Part shown: positions 1-9,292 of the stretch, one piece after another | How positions within the stretch are numbered: the stretch's first letter is position 1 | Layout: every line of letters starts with the position of its first letter | Assembly: GCF_000196355.1 (NCBI RefSeq) | Contig: NC_007614.1 | Location: 2,940,001-2,972,000, forward strand | Reading direction: 5' to 3' | Length of the DNA stretch: 32,000 nucleotides | DNA from: Nitrosospira multiformis ATCC 25196 | GTDB lineage: Bacteria > Pseudomonadota > Gammaproteobacteria > Burkholderiales > Nitrosomonadaceae | The notes under the pieces: model-generated | What the model was told of the DNA's origin: nothing | Seen by the model: only the letters and a program-made list of their open reading frames with translations | The model's database searches: none | Translations under genes and position numbers: made by a program

Positions 1-744
1 TCAGCCAGTCCCAGGGGGAAAGCTTGAGATAAGCCTGATCCAGCACGAAACTGAATTTACTGTTGTAAGTGCCCAGCGTCTGCAAGGTAGAGGTGGGGGA
101 TCCGCCCATCAAGTCCCCCGTGACGGCCGGCCCGTTGACATTACCGGTGGTCAAGCGAAGCCCCAGATCTACTCCCCGCGTGACATTGGCATTAATCCCG
201 AGACGCATGCGGATGCGCTCGCGGTGATGACTGTCTTTGGTCGTGTTGTCGATTTGCTGACCGATCGCCTGGAAATTGGCTGCCGGCGCATTGCGGTCAC
301 CGAAGAAATCCGCCTGCTCGCGCAACCTTATATCCCCTTCCAGGGTAAAGCGATCCAGCCATTCAGGAGTGGCATTTACATTGCCCCAGCGTTCCTGCTT
401 GGCCTGGCCCACCACTTCCTCGCGCAACTGATCACGAATCTCTTTCTTGATGTGCTCGGGAACGTAAGTCACCCGTACCTCGCCCTTTTTCGGCTCCCCG
501 GCGGGGGGCTGCCCACCCTGTTCCCGTGCTTGCTGCTGGGAGGCTTTCGCTTTCTGCTCCGCCTTCCTGATCATTTCATCAGCAACCTCCTGCTTGATGA
601 CGCCCTGCTCCACCAGGAGATGAATCAGGTTCAGGGTAGTCTCATACAGGACTTCTATCTTTTCGTGCTCTTCAGTTTTTGCGTCGACGCTGCCCATGGC
701 CGCCAAGGCCATGACCGCGCCTGCGAGCATCGCAGGGATTCTCA
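1..744 (-). CDS. putative porin (Porin_5-like), 3' end outside the window
   Basis: Reverse-strand frame open from ATG at 742-744 to the window edge (248 codons, no stop): MRIPAMLAGAVMALAAMGSVDA signal peptide, a coiled-coil-like segment (VEQGVIKQEVADEMIRKAEQKAKA), then ...RFTLEGDIRLREQADFFGDRNA... and RERIRMRLGINANVTRGVDLGLRLTTG, typical of putative porins. Not in the supplied ORF track because it runs off the edge. Confidence 0.75.
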
Positions 745-760
745 TTTCGTTCTCCGGACA

Positions 761-1438
761 TCAGGCGCGCGAGGTCACGCGTATTTTTAACGGCTGCGGC
801 ATGTCTGCCGGCGGACCTTCGCGCAACGCCTTCAAGCTCTGCAGTACATCTTCCAGCAATTCATCAACCCGCGGGTTGCCGGTCTTGTCGACCAGCGCAA
901 CCCGTGCCACTTTCCCACCGGCATCGATCCACACTTTCACTACTACCCGGTACGTCTTGTCCTTGAGCCCCTGTTCCCGCGATAGCGCATCCTGAAAGGC
1001 GGAATTCACCGCCTCGTTTACTATTGCGTCATACCAGGCCCAAGGATTCCCCCTGGCGCCACCTATTAGATCGGCGCCGCCTTTTTTCCCGACAAGGCCG
1101 AATCCATCGCCATCCCCCGTCCCTTCGGCATCGACCCCCAGATCCGGGCCGGGAGGCGGCTCATCCGCTTTCTCCATGGGTTCGGGGGCAGGATCCGGCA
1201 GCTTCACTTCTTCCTTTACTACAGGTTCGGGCGGCTTCTGCTCCGGGGGCGGAGGGGGAGGAGGCGGAGGCTTGATCAACGTGATTTGCTGTAGCGAACG
1301 CTTCGGGGGCGGCTCATCGCTTCCCAGAAGCCCCTTCAGCCATAATCCCAGCATGATCGCCCCCGCCAGGCAAAGTACAACAACTCCCCATCGTGCCCAG
1401 CCAGGCCAATTGGGCGAATCCGGGCTAGACGCCTCCAT
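761..1438 (-). CDS. TonB-like energy transducer (TonB C-terminal domain protein)
   Basis: 225-aa ORF with one N-terminal TM segment (WGVVVLCLAGAIMLGLWL), a poly-proline periplasmic linker (KPPPPPPPPPEQKPPEP) and a TonB-like C-terminus (YRVVVKVWIDAGGKVARVALVDKTGNPRVDELLEDVLQSLKAL); 14 nt from the exbD-like stop. Confidence 0.85.
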   Translation of the reverse strand: MEASSPDSPNWPGWARWGVVVLCLAGAIMLGLWLKGLLGSDEPPPKRSLQQITLIKPPPPPPPPPEQKPPEPVVKEEVKLPDPAPEPMEKADEPPPGPDLGVDAEGTGDGDGFGLVGKKGGADLIGGARGNPWAWYDAIVNEAVNSAFQDALSREQGLKDKTYRVVVKVWIDAGGKVARVALVDKTGNPRVDELLEDVLQSLKALREGPPADMPQPLKIRVTSRA

Positions 1439-1452
1439 CAGCCGTCATGCCA

Positions 1453-1857
1453 TTACTTCACCAGGCGCTGGGTGACGAGGCCCAGTTGCGTTATATCCAG
1501 TTGCCCGAGTAATTCGAGGACTTCCATCACCTTGCCGTACTGCACCACTGTATCCCCCTTGACTACGACCGGCAGCTCCGGATTGGCTGCTTTCAACTGG
1601 CTCAAACGGGTTTTCAATTCATCCAGTGTTACCGGGTAGGCATCCAGAAAAATCTGTCCGCTCTCGTTGATCGTGATCGCCTTGGTTTGCGGCTTGGCCA
1701 GACTGGGAGAATTACTGGCCTTGGGCAGATTGACCTTTATCCCCTGGACAGATGCTGTTGTCATGATGATGAAAATCACCAGCAAGACATAGGCGAGATC
1801 CAGCATGGGAACGACATTGATTTCGTCGTAAAGCTCGTTTTCTTCCTGAACTTTCAT
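1453..1857 (-). CDS. biopolymer transport protein ExbD/TolR family
   Basis: 134 aa; YDEINVVPMLDLAYVLLVIFIIMTTASVQGIKVNLPKAS is the classic ExbD/TolR N-terminal TM with its conserved Asp. Confidence 0.92.
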   Translation of the reverse strand: MKVQEENELYDEINVVPMLDLAYVLLVIFIIMTTASVQGIKVNLPKASNSPSLAKPQTKAITINESGQIFLDAYPVTLDELKTRLSQLKAANPELPVVVKGDTVVQYGKVMEVLELLGQLDITQLGLVTQRLVK

Positions 1858-1866
1858 GTCAATCCG

Positions 1867-3522
1867 TCAGCGGCTGTAGTTTTCGGCAAGCTTGGTGATG
1901 AACTCGTCCACGAAAATATGCATCCTGGATACTATGGCCTTGATGCGCGAGGCGAGATAGTTGTAGCCAAAGAGGGATGGAATCGCCACACCCATGCCTG
2001 CGACGGTTGCCGCAAGGGCGGCGGCGATGCCAGGCGCAATGGCGTTGACATTGACGTCCCCGGCGGCGGCAATGGCCGCAAAGGTGATCATTACCCCCAT
2101 CACGGTTCCCAAGAGGCCAATGAAAGGGCCGCCGGAAATGGCAATGGTCAGCAGCACCATGAATCTGTTCATACGCTGGATTTCTTCCACCAGCCCGGCA
2201 TCCAGGCTTGCACGGATGGCATCGAGTGATTGGGGTGTCAAAGACTTGTCGGTATGCGCGGCATCCGTATCCTGGAAACGATGCGCCAGTTCAACCGCGC
2301 CAATGTGATAGATTCGATAAAGAGAGGAATGCTCGAAGTCTTTTCCCAACCCCTGGGCTTTGTCTATCATGGCCAGATCGGTTGACAGCTCGCGGAATTT
2401 GTCCATGAAGCGGTTGTTGGACTTATCCACGCGATTGATGTAGACCGCCTTGCTGTACATTACCCATATCGCAATCAGCAGCATCACCGTCAGGAGACCA
2501 ATCGCAACCCATCCATCCACGGTCAGCGATTTCAGGATGATGCCCATGTGCGAGGCCTCGGAGCCGCCTTCGATGGTCTCTTCTTCACCCATCACAACCA
2601 GCTTGCCGTCCGGCCCCAGAGCAGCCTGAACCGCAATCCATTCGGCCCCCCGCACCAGCCCCGACACCTGCGCTTCGTCCATCTCGCCCTTGAATTTCCC
2701 TCCCAGCGTCACGCTGCCCGCAGGCAATACCGCATTCCGCGCTTCGCCAGCCGCCTTGCCGGCTATATATATACGCAGTGCATCCGAAATCGTGAAACCG
2801 ATGTGATGCCACTGTCCCGCGCTGAGAGGTTTGTCGGAAATCACGCCCGCTCCGCCTGCCTGTGCCCGGATCAGACCGCCATCAAGGGAGACGCTCACGT
2901 TATCGGACTGATAAATGGTGCCGCTAAGGGAGGCGGGCTTGACCCATATGCTGAAGCTGTAACCCCCTGACGCCTGTATCGTGGGGAGAATCACGCTTTG
3001 GGTGCCATCGAATCCTGCGCCGCCATTCGAAAATGAGGCTGCCACATGTTGCGCAGGGGACTGTGCATGCAGATTGTTGGAGCCGCTATCCTGAGGGTTT
3101 CCCTGGGGTTCGGCAAAATGATAGATCGCACTGCCGGCATCGTACGTCCCTTTGGGGTCGGCTGCCGATGTCGCATTTTCATTACCGTAGTAAAGGAAAA
3201 TTTCGGTTTGGGCCGAGAGTCTGGGTACTTTCACCCAGATGAGCGCCAGCTCGTTTGCGACATCCCATTTTTCAAAATGGAACTTGAGTTCGGTCTTGTC
3301 ATCTCCTGCGACCAGCCGCACATCACCGCCATTATCGCTTGCCGAGAAAAAATCGAAGTTGCCTGTATGCAGGCGGATTAATACGGGCACATCCGCTACC
3401 TCGCCTGATGGGGCGGCCAGCGTTATTTTTTTGCGGCTTGTCCAGTCCTCATTCCACCACGCATGACTGGAAAAAGACCACGTCGACAATACAAAAGCGA
3501 GCAGAAACGGCAGGAAACGCAT
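1867..3522 (-). CDS. DUF2341/LamG-like domain fused to MotA/TolQ/ExbB proton channel
   Basis: In-frame part of ORF 1867..3552. Preferred start is M11 at 3522 (MRFLPFLLAFVLSTWSFSSHA signal peptide). N-half: WWNEDWTSRKKITLAAPSG...IFLYYGNENA (DUF2341) and GYSFSIWVKPASLSG...GQWHHIGFTI (LamG/ConA-like). C-half: TM segments plus ISGGPFIGLLGTVMGVMITFAAIAAAG...IAAALAATVAGMGVAIPSLFGYNYL (ExbB/TolQ signature). Confidence 0.88.
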   Translation of the reverse strand: MRFLPFLLAFVLSTWSFSSHAWWNEDWTSRKKITLAAPSGEVADVPVLIRLHTGNFDFFSASDNGGDVRLVAGDDKTELKFHFEKWDVANELALIWVKVPRLSAQTEIFLYYGNENATSAADPKGTYDAGSAIYHFAEPQGNPQDSGSNNLHAQSPAQHVAASFSNGGAGFDGTQSVILPTIQASGGYSFSIWVKPASLSGTIYQSDNVSVSLDGGLIRAQAGGAGVISDKPLSAGQWHHIGFTISDALRIYIAGKAAGEARNAVLPAGSVTLGGKFKGEMDEAQVSGLVRGAEWIAVQAALGPDGKLVVMGEEETIEGGSEASHMGIILKSLTVDGWVAIGLLTVMLLIAIWVMYSKAVYINRVDKSNNRFMDKFRELSTDLAMIDKAQGLGKDFEHSSLYRIYHIGAVELAHRFQDTDAAHTDKSLTPQSLDAIRASLDAGLVEEIQRMNRFMVLLTIAISGGPFIGLLGTVMGVMITFAAIAAAGDVNVNAIAPGIAAALAATVAGMGVAIPSLFGYNYLASRIKAIVSRMHIFVDEFITKLAENYSR

Positions 3523-3759
3523 GCAAATTAACCCCAATAAACACGGGGGCATTATCCCTGCCTCTGATTACAGCCATTGGTAATGAATCATGATCCGAAC
3601 GGATCATGCGACTGCCCTGGGACTAATCTGTGGAAAAAGAATGAGAGGTCATGATCCAGGTTTAACAAATCTCTCATCAAAATGAAAAAGAAGTCGGCTA
3701 ACGTTTGCGCAACTCACCTCGCGGCTGAATCCACCCTGGAACAAAGGAGAAATGACAAC

Positions 3760-5085
3760 ATGATCCGCCAAACATCCTTCCATCCCGTACTGATAATCTT
3801 ATTTTTCTTCCTTGTCTTACTGGTTATTGCGCCCGCCCTGGCCAGCGGAAGAAACGACGGCATGGAAGGAACTTCCTTCCATGATGCTTCTCCTGACAAT
3901 TCCAGCGGCAATGTTCAACTCGGCCCTCGTCCTTTTTTCCTTGTGGAGGACATGGAGGGCGGTGAACTCAAGAGCAAGCTCGCACGTTGCGGTGCCGGCC
4001 CCTTCAGGAAAACATACTTCTCCATCGGTCATCGCGGCGCGCCACTGCAGTTTCCCGAGCACACGGCGGAGTCCTACCGGGCGGCCGCCCGCATGGGGGC
4101 CGGCATTCTCGAGTGCGACGTAACATTCACCCGGGACAAGGAACTGGTATGCCGCCATTCTCAGTGTGATTTGCACACCACCACGAATATTCTGGAAACA
4201 CCGCTTGCCGAAAAATGCACGCGCCCTTTTACACCCGCCCAGTTCGATGCTTCGGGAAACCTGATCCAGGAGGCTTCCGCCCGTTGCTGCACGAGCGACA
4301 TCACTCTGGATGAATTCAAGAGCCTGAAAGGCAAGATGGACGCCTTCAACCCCGGGGCGAGGAATGTGGCGGAATACGTGGGCGGCACACCTGCATGGCG
4401 CACTGACTTGTATGCCGGCCCTACCAGTGGAACCCTGCTCAGCCACCGGGAGAGTATCGAACTCTTCAGCAAGCTGGGGGCAAAAATGACACCCGAACTC
4501 AAGAGCGCGGAGGTGGCAATGCCTTATGACAGCGATGGCGACGGAGTCGGCGACTACACGCAGGAACATTATGCTCAACAGATGATCGACGAGTACAAGG
4601 CTGCCGATGTCAAACCTCGCGATGTCTTTCCGCAGTCCTTCGATATCCGCGATATCCGTTACTGGATCGCCAGGGAGCCCGAGTTCGGGAGGCAGGCGGT
4701 TTATCTCGACGACGCCAATACGGTCGCTGATCTTCCCAATGCCAGTCAGTTGACCGCTTACAAAGCCGAGGGCATCAATATTGTCGCCCCTCCCATATTC
4801 GCGCTGCTGGATGTCGATGGGGGCGGCAATATCATCCCGTCCAGCTACGCCCTGCAGGCCAGGGCCGCAGGACTAGGCCTCATCACCTGGACGCTGGAGC
4901 GCTCCGGAATACTAGCTGACGGCGATAACGGCTTTTATTACCAGACTTTCGATTCGGCGATAAGGCGCGAAGGCGATGTGATGAAAGTGCTGGATGTTTT
5001 GAACAGGGAAGTGGGCGTCCTCGGTATCTTCAGCGATTGGCCGGCCACCGTAAGCTATTACGCTAATTGCATGAAGCTGAAATAG
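3760..5085 (+). CDS. glycerophosphodiester phosphodiesterase family protein, exported
   Basis: In-frame within ORF 3682..5085. Preferred start 3760 has Shine-Dalgarno AAGGAG at 3744-3749 and a signal sequence ([22 protein letters not shown]). GDPD motifs: [47 protein letters not shown]. Confidence 0.9.
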   Translation: MIRQTSFHPVLIILFFFLVLLVIAPALASGRNDGMEGTSFHDASPDNSSGNVQLGPRPFFLVEDMEGGELKSKLARCGAGPFRKTYFSIGHRGAPLQFPEHTAESYRAAARMGAGILECDVTFTRDKELVCRHSQCDLHTTTNILETPLAEKCTRPFTPAQFDASGNLIQEASARCCTSDITLDEFKSLKGKMDAFNPGARNVAEYVGGTPAWRTDLYAGPTSGTLLSHRESIELFSKLGAKMTPELKSAEVAMPYDSDGDGVGDYTQEHYAQQMIDEYKAADVKPRDVFPQSFDIRDIRYWIAREPEFGRQAVYLDDANTVADLPNASQLTAYKAEGINIVAPPIFALLDVDGGGNIIPSSYALQARAAGLGLITWTLERSGILADGDNGFYYQTFDSAIRREGDVMKVLDVLNREVGVLGIFSDWPATVSYYANCMKLK

Positions 5086-5549
5086 CAGGCCCTTGCCCCG
5101 GACCTCCCTCATACCTTTTATCACACACCTGCCGATCCGGGAGACCTCAAGGATCATGCAAGCAGAAAAAACAGAATCTACGTGCCCTGAACCATCGCAA
5201 TCGAGAACAGGCGGACGGGCCGGTACGCGGCCGTTCGGCCCGAACTTCTGCTTTGCCATCCTGTTTTTCGCGGGCGGAGTTCTCCCGCAAGTGCCGAATA
5301 ACCATTGTCTCCTTCATACCACGCCTCTCTCCCTTGGACGACATGCGGTTTCCCTGGCCGGCTTCCACAGTCGCCCGCAGCGAAGGCGCTCTGATCCGTT
5401 CGGCCCACTCCTGGCTGGTGTGCTCATGCAAATCCTGTAGCACGAACTCATGAAAATAGATTCGCTCCGCGCAGCGCGTCCCGGCAGCCTGCATATACAT
5501 ACCTCTAAACAAAACCACCTGTTACAACCCCATACTGAACCAAGGAGAC

Positions 5550-7646
5550 ATGATGAGCAGCACCCTCCACGCTGATAGAAAGAACAATCCCGATCGCACC
5601 AGCAGCAACGAATCCGGCAATGCATCCCTGCATGATCTGATCGAAGCCGGCAGGCTTTCCCGCCGCGCCTTCCTCCAACGTTCGCTAGGCCTTACGGCTA
5701 TGGCATTCGGCGGCTCCCTGCTCGATGGCCTGATGCAGTTTGCTTACGCAGCGCCGGCGCCTGTGAACGGCATCGGTTTCGATTCAGTGCCTGCCAACCT
5801 ATATCTCTCACCCGGGGATGACGCCGTTACCGTTCCCGCCGGCTATACCGCGCGCGTACTGGTCGCCTGGGGAGACTCTCTTACCCAGGCGCCGCACTGG
5901 AATCCGGGGAGCGCAATGACCGAGACGGTACAGTTGCACGCCTTCGGCGCCCATGTGGACGGGATGCATCTGTTTCCCTTCCCTCCCATGGGATCGTCCG
6001 GATCACCCGGCGTCGCCAATATCCGCGGTCTGCTGGTGACGAACCATGAGTACGTCGATCCTCCTCTGGTCAATAACATCACTCCCGCATCCAGCTATGC
6101 GACCACCCCCATCACTCTCGATATGGTGCGCGCACAGCAGGCCGCGCATGGCATCAGCGTGGTCGAGGTGTGGAAAAAGAACGGCATGTGGGAGGTCCAG
6201 CGTACTTCCGCCTTCAACCGCCGCATTACCGGCAACTCCCTCTGCAAGCTGAGCGGACCCGCCGCCGGGCATGATCTGATGAAAACGGCCGCCGACCCCG
6301 GCGGCATGAATGTTCTCGGCACACTCAACAACTGCTCCAACGGCCATACCCCTTGGGGCACTTATCTCACCTGCGAGGAAAACTGGAACGGCTATTTCTC
6401 CAATGAGACCGGAGATGTGGCAGGCGCAAACGATCCGGAACAGAAGCGCCGGATTCTAAACGGGCAAGCGCGCTATGGTATCGGCAAGGGCGGGTTCGGT
6501 TACCGCTGGCACGAAATGGATGCGCGTTTCCGTGCCGACCTTAATCCGAATGAGTCGCATCGCTTCGGCTGGGTAGTGGAAATCGATCCATGGGATCCAA
6601 AGAGCACGCCGGTGAAGCGCACTGCGCTGGGACGTTTCAAGCACGAAAATGCCAGTTGCGTCGTGGACCCAGATAATACGGTCGTCATATATATGGGTGA
6701 TGATGAGCGCAACGAGTACCTTTACAAGTTTGTCTGCGCCAATAAATATAACCCCCGCAACCGCGCGGCCAACCGCGATCTGCTGGATTCCGGCACGCTT
6801 TTCGTGGCAAGGTTCAATGCGGATGGCGGCGGGAAGTGGCTGCCACTGGTCTGGAACCAGAATGGACTGACGCCGGCAAATGGCTTTGCCGATCAAGCCG
6901 AAGTATTGATCAAGGCGCGCCAAGCAGCGGATCGCGCAGGCGCCACGATGATGGATCGTCCGGAATGGATAGCAGCGCACCCCGCCTCGCGTGAAGTCTA
7001 TATGACGCTTACCAACAACAACCGCCGTGGAAGCAATCCGCCGTCCGGCAACAGCATCGACGGAAGTACCCCTGCCGGCAGTGCGCGTCCTCCCGTCGAT
7101 GCCGCGAATCCCAGGCTGGACAACCGTTACGGTCACATCATCCGGTGGCGCGAAAACATGGGCAAGGCCGACGCCCTGGATTTCGAATGGGACATTTTCG
7201 TTGAATGCGGTGACAAGCTGGACCCGCAGCCGCATCATCGCGGCAATATTAACGGCGACGATTACGGCGCCCCCGATGGCCTCTGGTTCGATCAGGATGG
7301 CCGCCTGTGGATACAGACCGATCAGGCAGGTGATGCCACTGGCGACTGGGCCAATATCGGGGGAAATGTCATGCTGTGCGCGAATCCTTCCACGGGCGAG
7401 ACGCGCAGATTCCTCACTGCGCCGAAGTACTGCGAGGTCACCGGAGTTACAAGTTCTCCGGACGGCAAGGCCCTGTTCGTCGGCATCCAGCACCCGGGGG
7501 AGGATTGGGAAACGCATTTTACCCAGAACTCGACCTGGCCCGACAGCGGTCAAAATGGCCCCACTACGGCGGGCGGTTCCCCATCCAAGCCCCGCTCCGC
7601 CGTGGTGGTCATCACTAAAGATGATGGCGGCGTGATTGGCACCTGA
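5550..7646 (+). CDS. PhoX family / DUF839 protein with Tat signal
   Basis: 698 aa; SD AAGGAG at 5542-5547 before ATG; twin-arginine region GRLSRRAFLQRSLGLTAMAFGG; DUF839/PhoX-type blocks (VTNHEYV, HGISVVEVWKKNGMWEV, GTYLTCEENWNGYF, GRFKHENASCVVDPDNTVVIYMGDDERNEYLYKFV, SPDGKALFVGIQHPGE). Confidence 0.9.
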   Translation: MMSSTLHADRKNNPDRTSSNESGNASLHDLIEAGRLSRRAFLQRSLGLTAMAFGGSLLDGLMQFAYAAPAPVNGIGFDSVPANLYLSPGDDAVTVPAGYTARVLVAWGDSLTQAPHWNPGSAMTETVQLHAFGAHVDGMHLFPFPPMGSSGSPGVANIRGLLVTNHEYVDPPLVNNITPASSYATTPITLDMVRAQQAAHGISVVEVWKKNGMWEVQRTSAFNRRITGNSLCKLSGPAAGHDLMKTAADPGGMNVLGTLNNCSNGHTPWGTYLTCEENWNGYFSNETGDVAGANDPEQKRRILNGQARYGIGKGGFGYRWHEMDARFRADLNPNESHRFGWVVEIDPWDPKSTPVKRTALGRFKHENASCVVDPDNTVVIYMGDDERNEYLYKFVCANKYNPRNRAANRDLLDSGTLFVARFNADGGGKWLPLVWNQNGLTPANGFADQAEVLIKARQAADRAGATMMDRPEWIAAHPASREVYMTLTNNNRRGSNPPSGNSIDGSTPAGSARPPVDAANPRLDNRYGHIIRWRENMGKADALDFEWDIFVECGDKLDPQPHHRGNINGDDYGAPDGLWFDQDGRLWIQTDQAGDATGDWANIGGNVMLCANPSTGETRRFLTAPKYCEVTGVTSSPDGKALFVGIQHPGEDWETHFTQNSTWPDSGQNGPTTAGGSPSKPRSAVVVITKDDGGVIGT

Positions 7647-8032
7647 CGTAACGTTGGCTGGGGCAGCAGCTCAAGAATCTTTGATTTGCCTTCATGAGAA
7701 GCCTTTCCCTGCAGAACCTGGGCGCTTATCCGAACAACTCATGAAGAAGGACACGCAAGTCTGCTCCGGATGCTTCCGCCGCACCTCCGCACCCAGCCGC
7801 ATCTGCGGCTTCGCGGAGCGGGCTGGTAAGCTGATCGCCGCCGCCTTCGTCCAGGAAAAAACGTTTGCTTGCCCGCTTGGCGAAGGTGCGGTACCGAACA
7901 TATCTTTTATCTAAGGATTGTCAAAATGCGTCTCGACGTACGAGCGATCCCCAGGCTTTATCGAAGATTACTTTTCTGAAATCACCCATCCTCCTTGGTT
8001 GACATGTTTCCATCTTGAGAGAAATATTAAAC

Positions 8033-8236
8033 ATGAAGAAACGAAGATACATCGATCTGTACGGTTACACCCAGGATGAGTTTGATCACTGGCTGGAAAA
8101 AGGTATTAACAAAAAGCTTCGTTCTACCGGAAAATCCAGGTCTGAATTAGACATGGACACTGTCTTTGCAGCTTATCACGACGAGACTCGCAAACTTCCC
8201 CGCCGCAGGCTCCGCGAAATGCGCACTGCCACCTGA
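8033..8236 (+). CDS. small hypothetical protein (67 aa)
   Basis: In-frame ATG at 8033 within ORF 8015..8236: MKKRRYIDLYGYTQDEFDHWLEKGINKKLRSTGKSRSELDMDTVFAAYHDETRKLPRRRLREMRTAT; followed by a terminator-like hairpin at 8311. No strong SD seen. Confidence 0.5.
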   Translation: MKKRRYIDLYGYTQDEFDHWLEKGINKKLRSTGKSRSELDMDTVFAAYHDETRKLPRRRLREMRTAT

Positions 8237-8310
8237 TCCCCGGCTGCCCGGATCTCCGTTAATCCGGTGGAGTTTCTGGACGACTTTCAAGACATTCAGA
8301 GTCAATACTC

Positions 8311-8335
8311 GTGGCGCGAAGACCGCGCCACTTTT
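8311..8335 (+). terminator. putative rho-independent terminator
   Basis: Perfect 8-bp GC-rich stem GTGGCGCG-AAGAC-CGCGCCAC followed immediately by TTTT; 75 nt after the stop of the 8033..8236 ORF. Confidence 0.6.
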
Positions 8336-8786
8336 CACGTTAGGGCAAAGGTCTACTCCACCGGGACTGGGCATCATCAAAATATAAGCCTTAGTCCAAG
8401 CATTGTGCTATTGGGAAAACAGGAATAAATCCGCCTGGAAAAGATGCAGGTTACGATTTTTACCTGGACCTGCACTACCCTGCCAGCAACAAGAATCCGG
8501 CGCGCTCCGGTTCATCAGAATCTATTCCGGATTCTTTCCTTATCAACAAATTTCCACGCTCTATCCCTGATTCCTGGGAAATCTCCTTTCCCGGAAAGAA
8601 CGTTTCGGGTCTGAAGCATTTGACCAAAGCAGGCTCCGAGCAAGTAGAACATGCAAAGATGGGATGTCATTCATCTCGACCGCTACTTCGGGAGCAGGTG
8701 TTTCGAATATTAAGGTGTTATGACAGGACTTGTAAAAATGCAAAACCTGTCTAGAAATAACTATGAACTGTGAAACAGGAGAGAGC

Positions 8787-9104
8787 ATGGCCTCGGAAAA
8801 TTTCAAGAGCAACCTGATCGTCGGCTTGATTGCTGGCGTTGGCGCCAGCCTGCTCGCGCCGGTGCTGCGTCCGCTCCTGACCGATGCCTCCCGGTCGCTT
8901 ACCAAAGCAACCATCAAGGGCAGCATCCGTCTTTACGAAAAGGGGCGGGAATCATTCGCGGAGTTGGGCGAAACAGTGGATGACCTGATGGCCGAGGTCA
9001 GAGCAGAGATGGAAACCGGCGGGGAGGGAAGCGCGGCGGCGGGTTCGGGAACGGAGACCCCCGATGCGCAAGGAAGGATCAAGTCCCCCCAGATTCGGAA
9101 ATGA
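8787..9104 (+). CDS. DUF5132-like small membrane-associated protein
   Basis: In-frame ATG at 8787 preceded by AGGAGAG: MASENFKSNLIVGLIAGVGASLLAPVLRPLLTDASRSLTKATIKGSIRLYEKGRESFAELGETVDDLMAEVRAE; hydrophobic N-terminal helix followed by an amphipathic acidic region. Confidence 0.75.
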   Translation: MASENFKSNLIVGLIAGVGASLLAPVLRPLLTDASRSLTKATIKGSIRLYEKGRESFAELGETVDDLMAEVRAEMETGGEGSAAAGSGTETPDAQGRIKSPQIRK

Positions 9105-9292
9105 TGAATAGCGTTTCCGAAACGCTCGCCAAATAAAAATCTGTTGCGGGACTGGGGAGAGACAAGAGGTAGCGAGAGTCCAGGCAAGAGACTTGCGGGC
9201 AAGCATAAAAAGCAGCAGAACGGGAGAAGCAGAAGGAAGCATTTATGATCGTCATGCATGCAATTTGTAACCCTGCCTAGGAGGAATTTGAA

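Noticed and set aside
224-790. 188-aa plus-strand ORF
   Set aside because: Antisense to the clearly coding porin frame (signal peptide and porin-like sequence on the minus strand).
5086-5549. ORFs 5093..5440 (+), 5147..5518 (-), 4912..5259 (-) as possible genes or a mobile-element remnant
   Set aside because: No recognisable domain, poor start contexts (for example TTG at 5093 right after the GDPD stop), and no terminal repeats or transposase motif seen.
9110-9126. AGCGTTTCCGAAACGCT palindrome after the DUF5132-like gene as a terminator
   Set aside because: Stem is real (6-8 bp), but the following sequence CGCCAAATAAAAAT lacks a T tract on the plus strand; kept only as an unassigned hairpin.
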